A stretch of DNA of 64,000 bases. Origin: Blastopirellula marina (GTDB taxonomy: Bacteria > Planctomycetota > Planctomycetia > Pirellulales > Thermoguttaceae). Each line of letters opens with the position of its first letter. Position 1 is the stretch's first letter. A model generated the notes under the pieces. The model was not told the origin of the DNA, made no database searches, and saw only the letters and a program-made list of their open reading frames with translations. A program made the translations under genes and the position numbers. The stretch spans positions 9,091 through 73,090 of the forward strand of contig DYLS01000004.1 of the NCBI GenBank assembly GCA_020721965.1, read 5' to 3'. Positions 58,191 to 64,000 of this stretch are shown here, one piece after another.

Positions 58191-59555
58191 ATGGCTACCG
58201 TGGATGCCGACGCGACGCCGTCGATCCCGGGTGATGAGGAGCCTCCTGGTTCCCAAATCACTTTCGAGACGATTTCCCCACGTTCATCTCATGCCGCAAC
58301 TCGCGGCTCACTCCTTCGCCTTCCCGTGATAGGCGAGCCATCCACCGAACCGGCCGTCGAGCCGGTGGTCTTCCGGCGTCCCAAGACGGACCCCCGAGTT
58401 CGCCAATTCCGCCGGACTTTCTACCGGGACGTTCCCGACAAGCTGTGGAACGACTGGCACTGGCAAATCAGCCACCGCGTGCGAACCCTGTCGCAAATCG
58501 AGCGATTGCTGGTCCTCTCGCCGGATGAACGCGAGGCTCTGGTCAGGGCGGGCGAGAAGCTGCCGGTAGGCATCACGCCCTATTACATGGCGTTGATTTC
58601 GCCTCACGATCCGGACCAGGCCCTTCGCCGAACGGTCCTCCCGAGCATGGCGGAATTCATGGTTTCCCCGGGCGAGGCGCAAGACCCGCTGGGAGAAGAC
58701 GAAGATAGCCCGGTGCCGGGCCTGGTGCATCGTTATCCCGACCGTGTGCTGCTTTTGGTGCACGACTTTTGCTCTACCTACTGCCGATACTGCACGCGGA
58801 GCCGCGTCGTCGGGCACGGTGAGATTGCCTCGTCGCATGACCGTCTGCAAATGGGGCTGAACTACATCCGCCGCAACCCCCAGATCCGCGACGTGCTTCT
58901 GTCGGGTGGCGACCCGCTGACCTTGAGCGACGAAAAGCTCATTTGGATTCTGTCCGAATTGCGGCGGATTCCTCACGTGGAATTCCTGAGGATCGGGACC
59001 AAGGTGCCGGTCGTGCTCCCACAGCGGATCACGCCCGCCCTGTGCCGTGCGCTGCGCCGCTTCCACCCCTTGTGGATGAGCATCCACTTCACGCATCCCG
59101 ACGAATGCACCCCGGAGGCGTACCAGGCCTGTGGCCGCCTCGCGGATGCCGGCATCCCGCTAGGCTCGCAAACCGTTCTGCTCCGCGGGGTGAACGACGA
59201 TGTCGAGATCATGAAGCGGTTGGTGCATGAACTGCTGAAGATGCGGGTGCGTCCGTATTACCTCTACCAGTGCGATCCGACTCTCGGTTCGGCTCATTTC
59301 CGCACCTCGATCTCCAAGGGGCTGGAGATCATTTCCGGCTTGCGAGGGCACACGACCGGCTACGCCGTGCCGCATTTCGTGGTCGACGCGCCGGGCGGTG
59401 GCGGGAAAATCCCCCTGCTACCCGACTATGTCATCGGCCGCGAGGGGGATGACCTGCTTTTGCGAAACTACGAGGGTAAGGTCTTCCGCTATCCCGACCC
59501 ACCGGAGACTTCGGTTCCCGTGGAGAAGGTAGCGCCAACAAGCGGGGAAGCATAA
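58191..59555 (+). CDS. kamA: KamA-family radical SAM/PLP enzyme (lysine 2,3-aminomutase-like)
   Basis: WNDWHWQ, CSTYCRYCTR (CxxxCxxC), LLSGGDPL, RIGTKVPVVLPQRIT, QTVLLRGVND, PYYLYQCD, FVVDAPGGGGKIP (PLP Lys). Confidence 0.93.
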   Translation: MATVDADATPSIPGDEEPPGSQITFETISPRSSHAATRGSLLRLPVIGEPSTEPAVEPVVFRRPKTDPRVRQFRRTFYRDVPDKLWNDWHWQISHRVRTLSQIERLLVLSPDEREALVRAGEKLPVGITPYYMALISPHDPDQALRRTVLPSMAEFMVSPGEAQDPLGEDEDSPVPGLVHRYPDRVLLLVHDFCSTYCRYCTRSRVVGHGEIASSHDRLQMGLNYIRRNPQIRDVLLSGGDPLTLSDEKLIWILSELRRIPHVEFLRIGTKVPVVLPQRITPALCRALRRFHPLWMSIHFTHPDECTPEAYQACGRLADAGIPLGSQTVLLRGVNDDVEIMKRLVHELLKMRVRPYYLYQCDPTLGSAHFRTSISKGLEIISGLRGHTTGYAVPHFVVDAPGGGGKIPLLPDYVIGREGDDLLLRNYEGKVFRYPDPPETSVPVEKVAPTSGEA

Positions 59556-59575
59556 TACAGCAGGTTTACGCCTCC

Positions 59576-60265
59576 ATGGAACGAGAAGAACCACTTTGCT
59601 TCCGCTGCGATCGGACGCAACGGACGTGTTGCCAAATTTGTCAGATCTACGTCACCCCTGGTGACGTGGAACGGATCACGGCTTATGCCGGCCAGCAGAA
59701 CTTCTTCGAATATCGGCGCCCCACGGATCCGGAATACTTGGATCAAGACGACGACCCGCTCTGGGCAGCGTGCGTGTTTCGATCGGACGGAACGCGGCGG
59801 GTGCTGCGGCGAACGGATGCCCAAGGCTGCATTTTTCTAGGCCCCCAAGGCTGCCGCCTGCCGCTGGAGGTTCGGCCGCTGGTGTGCCGCCTCTATCCCT
59901 TCGAGTATACCGAGCGAGGCCTGACGGGCGTCGTCGGCAGTATGTGCCCTCATCATTTGCTAGCCCCCGGCGAGACCCTGCTGGACTCCTTGGGGATGGA
60001 CGCGGAGACAGCAGAACGCTGGCGCACGCAACTGTATTCGGAAATCCGCCGCGAGCCGACAGCCCCCGCGCCGGTCGCGGGCGAAGGCTCGGCCACGATT
60101 GTCGTCGCCGCGGACCAGCCCCACGTCACGCCGTCCTCCCAGCCGTCTTTATCCCCGAACTTTGTGGCCCCATCCCCGGTCGGCGGATCCCACGCTTCCC
60201 ACGCCGCACCGGGTGGAGATTGTCGCGTCCCTGGCCAATCCTCCTCGCCATGCACATCGGTTTGA
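59576..60265 (+). CDS. YkgJ-family cysteine-cluster (CxxC...CC) protein
   Basis: CFRCDRTQRTCCQ, GCIFLGPQGCRL, RPLVCRLYPF, followed by a low-complexity tail that overlaps the next start. Confidence 0.85.
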   Translation: MEREEPLCFRCDRTQRTCCQICQIYVTPGDVERITAYAGQQNFFEYRRPTDPEYLDQDDDPLWAACVFRSDGTRRVLRRTDAQGCIFLGPQGCRLPLEVRPLVCRLYPFEYTERGLTGVVGSMCPHHLLAPGETLLDSLGMDAETAERWRTQLYSEIRREPTAPAPVAGEGSATIVVAADQPHVTPSSQPSLSPNFVAPSPVGGSHASHAAPGGDCRVPGQSSSPCTSV

Positions 60266-61245
60266 CCTACGATCTCCGCAACGAATACTTGGCCGAAGGT
60301 TGGAGCGAGGCCGAGACGGCTGAATTCGACCGTGACGACACGATCGAGGCGATCGACATCGCGCTGCGACAAATTGGGCACAAAACGGATCGCGTGGGCC
60401 GATTGAGCAAGCTGGTGACGCGACTGGCCCGCGGCGACCGGTGGGATCTGGTCTTCAACATCGCTGAGGGAATGTTTGGGAAGGCCCGCGAGGCCCAAGT
60501 TCCCGCCCTCCTGGATGCCTACCGCATCCCGTACACTTTCGCGGACCCGGCCGTGCTAATGCTCAGTCTCGATAAGGCCTTGTGCAAGATGGCAATCCAG
60601 CAGGTCGGTCTTCCCACGCCGCCGCACTGGGTCATCAAAACCCAGGCCGACATCGACCGCGTGTCACCGCAGTTTCCCCTTTTCTGCAAGCCTCTCGCGG
60701 AGGGTACTGGAAAAGGTGTCACCGAGGACTCCTTGGTTGGCACCCGAAAGGCACTCGCCGACCAGTGCCGCCGCCTGCTCGCGGAGTTCCACCAACCCGT
60801 CTTGGTCGAGACCTATCTCCCCGGGCGGGAATTCACCGTGGGCCTGTTAGGCACCGGGATGGAGGCAGAGGTCCTCGGCACGCTCGAAATCATCCTCCTC
60901 TCCAGTGCCGAGCGTCATGCTTATTCCTATCTCAACAAGGAGTTCTGCGAACAGTATGTCGAATACCGCTTCGTTTCCGCCGCGGATCCCGAGGTCGCGC
61001 AGGCCGAGCAAATCGCCCTGGCAGCCTGGCGCTGGCTGGGGGCCAGGGACGGCGGCCGTGTGGACCTGCGGTCCGACGAAAACGGTCAGCCCCAATTCCT
61101 GGAGATCAATCCACTCGCCGGCTTGCATCCGCAGCACTCCGATCTGCCCATGATCGCCACCGCCGTGGGAATGCCCTATCACGAATTGATCGGCCGGATC
61201 GTCGATTCCGCAACTAAGCGAATCGGCAATCCAGCCATTTTTTGA
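60250..61245 (+). CDS. D-Ala-D-Ala ligase-like ATP-grasp enzyme (non-canonical)
   Basis: True start MHIGLTYDLR (60250); FNIAEG, KPLAEGTGKG, VETYLPGREFTV, GGRVDLR, LEINPLAGL. Confidence 0.9.
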   Translation: MHIGLTYDLRNEYLAEGWSEAETAEFDRDDTIEAIDIALRQIGHKTDRVGRLSKLVTRLARGDRWDLVFNIAEGMFGKAREAQVPALLDAYRIPYTFADPAVLMLSLDKALCKMAIQQVGLPTPPHWVIKTQADIDRVSPQFPLFCKPLAEGTGKGVTEDSLVGTRKALADQCRRLLAEFHQPVLVETYLPGREFTVGLLGTGMEAEVLGTLEIILLSSAERHAYSYLNKEFCEQYVEYRFVSAADPEVAQAEQIALAAWRWLGARDGGRVDLRSDENGQPQFLEINPLAGLHPQHSDLPMIATAVGMPYHELIGRIVDSATKRIGNPAIF

Positions 61246-61278
61246 AGCTCGTCGCCCACGTTCTGGAGGGATGTTGCC

Positions 61279-62820
61279 GTGCGGGTGCTAATCGTTCACC
61301 AAGACCTTGCGTCACGGGCGGCCGCGGATGATCTCGACGTACTGCAACAAGTGGAATTGGTTCGGTCCGGACTTTTGCGACTAGGGCACACCACCGAGAC
61401 ATGGACGCTGGACCTCGATTTGCGGCAGTTTCAAGAGGATGTCCGCCGCATCTCCCCAGACATCGTTTTCTATCTCGTGGAATCGCTTGGGGCAACGGAC
61501 CGGCTGCAATATCTGGCCGCGGGGGTGTTGGACACTTTGGCAATCCCGTACACCGGCTGCGCCACTCGAGCCTTATTCGAGACCAACGATAAGCTGATCA
61601 CGAAAGCCCGTCTGAAGGCCGCCGGGCTGCCCACCCCTGCCTGGTTGACCGCGACCGCTGGCGAACCGTCGGAAACTGGCATCCGGACGAAGGGGCAGTA
61701 TCTCATCAAGAGCGCCTGGGAACACGCCTCCGCCGGTCTGGTGGAGACGCTCCACCGCGTCGATACGGCGGAACAGCGAGACGCATTGATGGCCGCGATG
61801 CGACACCTCACAACCACGACGCACCGCCCTTGGTTCGCCGAACAGTTCATCGACGGTCGCGAATTCAACCTCTCTTTGCTGGGCGGAAGCGAGGGACCCG
61901 AAGTGCTTCCCCCCGCCGAGATCGACTTTTCCGCATTTCCCCCCGAAAAACCCCGAATCGTGGGCTACAAGGCCAAATGGGACGAAGGCTCGTTCGAGTA
62001 TCATGCCACGCCACGACGATTCGATTTTCCCCCCGCAGATCGCCCTTTGTTGGCGGAGCTTGAGCGGCTCGCCGTCGCCTGCTGGCACTTGTTCGAGTTG
62101 CGGGGATATGCCCGGGTCGATTTCCGTGTGGGAGACTCCGGACAGCCGTTCATTCTCGAAGTGAACGCCAATCCCTGCCTTTCCCCAGACGCCGGGTTCA
62201 TGGCGGCGGTCGCAGCGGGCGGCTACAGCCCCGAGGATGCCTTGTCCCGCATCCTGGCCGACTCCCTCGAATCGAGTGGGAGTGCTGGTAAGCCCCGCGG
62301 CAGGCAACCCGCCCCCAGCCAACCCCTCCGCGAGGACGCAGGCCCGATCGAATTTCGCCGGACGGTCATACCGGAGGACGCGCAGGCGGTTCGGCGACTC
62401 GCACAAGCCACGGGGTTTTTTCATGCTGACGAGATCGACATCGCGGTGGAGCTGGTTCAAGAGCGTTTGGCCAAAGGGGAGGCGTCGGGTTACGAGTTCA
62501 TCTTCGCCGAGGATTCCCGAGGACTGGCCGGATACACCTGCTTCGGACCGATCCCGTGTACCGGGCACAGTTGGGATCTGTATTGGATCGCCGTGGCACC
62601 GGATCGGCAGGGGCAGGGATTGGGAAAGGAACTCATGGTGCGGACCGAGGCCGCCGTCCGCGCCGCGGGCGGCACACGGATTTACATCGACACATCGAGC
62701 CGGGAGCAATATGCCCCCACCCGGGCCTTCTACCAGCGCTGCGGTTATCGCACGGCCACCATCCTGGAGGACTTTTACGCCCCCGCCGACGGCAAGGTGA
62801 TCTTGGAGAAACGTTTGTAG
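61279..62820 (+). CDS. Ddl-like ATP-grasp enzyme fused to a C-terminal GNAT acetyltransferase
   Basis: GGAGG + GTG; IPYTG, IKSAWEHAS, EQFIDGREFN, GYARVDFR, LEVNANPCL; GNAT LYWIAVAPDRQGQGLGKELM and TRAFYQRCGY. Confidence 0.9.
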   Translation: MRVLIVHQDLASRAAADDLDVLQQVELVRSGLLRLGHTTETWTLDLDLRQFQEDVRRISPDIVFYLVESLGATDRLQYLAAGVLDTLAIPYTGCATRALFETNDKLITKARLKAAGLPTPAWLTATAGEPSETGIRTKGQYLIKSAWEHASAGLVETLHRVDTAEQRDALMAAMRHLTTTTHRPWFAEQFIDGREFNLSLLGGSEGPEVLPPAEIDFSAFPPEKPRIVGYKAKWDEGSFEYHATPRRFDFPPADRPLLAELERLAVACWHLFELRGYARVDFRVGDSGQPFILEVNANPCLSPDAGFMAAVAAGGYSPEDALSRILADSLESSGSAGKPRGRQPAPSQPLREDAGPIEFRRTVIPEDAQAVRRLAQATGFFHADEIDIAVELVQERLAKGEASGYEFIFAEDSRGLAGYTCFGPIPCTGHSWDLYWIAVAPDRQGQGLGKELMVRTEAAVRAAGGTRIYIDTSSREQYAPTRAFYQRCGYRTATILEDFYAPADGKVILEKRL

Positions 62821-62888
62821 TTCGAAACCGCTGGCGGTCACCCCGTTCCCGCTTGCACAACCTGAAGATCGTTTGCGGCTCTTCGTAC

Positions 62889-64000
62889 CTACATTTGCCG
62901 GACAGTTTCGCCCGCATGAAGCGAACACCGAGGACGCATTCGGACCATTTGAGGCGTTCTCAGCCTGGCGTCCGAGCAGTCCTCATCGGTTTGTAGAAAA
63001 CAAACCCCTTGCTCCAACCCCAAATTGGCAACCGCTTGAGCTGAGAGGGACTGAAGGCTCGGCGTCATGTTTCGCAAGTATTCGATCTCGGCCTGGTCGG
63101 GTATCTTGAAGATGAACCGCGTCAACAGGTAGCGAAAGAGAGGCCGTGGAATGCGCGTGGGGTATTGCGAAGCAAAGACGAAAGACATGCCGTCGTGACG
63201 TATTTGCGTCAGCGCATTTTCCAAATCCTCCGCCAATTCCCTATTGTGAACGTATTCATGGGCCTCATCGAACACGATCAGCTTATTGACACCGTTCTTG
63301 GCGCGGCGAATCAGGTCGGTAGTGACCAGGCACAGCTTCAACGCCTCGGCCGGTCGCAACATTTGCATTCGCAGGTCCACGACGGTAAGGCTTCCCTCCT
63401 GCAAGAGATCGCTCCAACGATAGGGGCGTTGGTCCGAAACCCACCGCCGCGCGAAGACCAATCGATTGATGGCCTTTTGCAACTGCGAGGCAGATAGGCG
63501 GCCATCTTTCCGGACTTCCTTTTCCAGTTCATCGAGCGTCAGCCGCTGCTGATAGTGCAGTTTTTGAATGATATCCCGAACGACATTCAGGTATTCGGTC
63601 TCTCGGTACGTCGCCTTCATCAGGATTTCCCAGTGACCCGCGCTGAGTTCCTCGGGATGGAATTGAAGAGGCAAAGCATGGAGGTCCGCGTATTCGCCAC
63701 GGCGTCGCGGTATCTCATCGGGATAAGCCAAGACGTTCACCGATGGAATTCCGGCAGCGACGCCGCCGTACTCGCTTTCCAACGATGAAACCTCATTCGG
63801 CCGGTTGTTGGCCAGACGAAATCCGCCGTACTCAAATCGCGCCGCTTCATTACTGCGATAATTGAAGCCCACGACGGCCATGGGGCGCGTTTGGCGGATC
63901 AGAGGCGGCTGTTGCAAGATCGCATTTTCGATCAACACGCCCAAGGCGTACGATTTCCCCGATCCCATGTAACCCACCAGCACGATACCTTGCGGCTTCG
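62889..64000 (-). CDS. C-terminal part of a HerA/FtsK-like P-loop ATPase resembling the MADS Mad8 ATPase; 5' end outside the window
   Basis: Frame open to 64000 (KPQGIVLVGYMGSGKSY, Walker A); TVVDLR; LIVFDEAHEY (Walker B); IRHDG.SFVFASQ.P; C-terminal RPRCSLHAG. Confidence 0.7.
   Translation of the reverse strand, partial: KPQGIVLVGYMGSGKSYALGVLIENAILQQPPLIRQTRPMAVVGFNYRSNEAARFEYGGFRLANNRPNEVSSLESEYGGVAAGIPSVNVLAYPDEIPRRRGEYADLHALPLQFHPEELSAGHWEILMKATYRETEYLNVVRDIIQKLHYQQRLTLDELEKEVRKDGRLSASQLQKAINRLVFARRWVSDQRPYRWSDLLQEGSLTVVDLRMQMLRPAEALKLCLVTTDLIRRAKNGVNKLIVFDEAHEYVHNRELAEDLENALTQIRHDGMSFVFASQYPTRIPRPLFRYLLTRFIFKIPDQAEIEYLRNMTPSLQSLSAQAVANLGLEQGVCFLQTDEDCSDARLRTPQMVRMRPRCSLHAGETVRQM

Noticed and set aside
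58191-59555. Calling the KamA homologue EpmB (EF-P modification) or glutamate 2,3-aminomutase
   Set aside because: No efp/epmA nearby; the sequence is closer to clostridial KamA motifs, and the lysine-binding Asp residues (YQCD, VVD) are retained.
59770-60249. N-terminal 160 aa of the ORF-track ATP-grasp (start 59770)
   Set aside because: Overlaps the YkgJ gene in another frame and is Arg/Pro-rich nonsense; the homologue-like start is MHIGLTYD at 60250.
60250-62820. Calling the ATP-grasps ddlA/ddlB
   Set aside because: They lack the GGxSxE, EGSS and YDY..KY elements of D-Ala-D-Ala ligases and sit in a KamA/GNAT operon.
51432-62928. Long antisense ORFs 51432-52730, 53920-55245, 55309-56130 and 61573-62928
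   Set aside because: Each overlaps a well-supported gene on the opposite strand and has no domain signature.

Overview
GC-rich bacterial chromosome segment, most likely a planctomycete (Pirellulales/Thermoguttaceae-like). This is inferred from gene content: DUF1598, a thioredoxin-trypsin fusion, an FHA-GAF-sigma54 activator, ECF/anti-sigma/Ser-Thr kinase, a Cys-rich secreted protein and a Tat-type Gfo/Idh/MocA with DoxX. It holds about 45 genes, mostly housekeeping or envelope related: etfB (partial), antiporter, SNase, acuI, htrA, cheX, a sufR-nuoB-sufCBD-Rieske-sufT cluster, an NSS transporter with a small partner, coaD, hrpA, chdC, sppA, a GH2 and an OprO/P porin. I found no rRNA, tRNA, CRISPR array or transposase. 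The most interesting items are: (1) a tight four-gene operon, lysine 2,3-aminomutase + YkgJ Cys-cluster protein + Ddl-like ATP-grasp + ATP-grasp/GNAT fusion (58191-62820), which looks like a pathway for an unknown acylated beta-lysyl peptide; (2) two unannotated MITE-like families in the intergenic DNA, namely seven copies with IS66-type GTAACCGTTCACGG ends (one with a perfect 8-bp TSD and an embedded REP-like hairpin) and three copies of exactly 167 bp with ACTGGACTTTTGCAAA ends; (3) an orphan nuoB translationally coupled to sufC behind a sigma70 promoter that overlaps a palindromic operator; (4) the 3' end of a HerA-like ATPase resembling MADS Mad8 at the right edge, probably the border of a defence island. 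All family assignments come from motif recognition by eye. No database searches were run.
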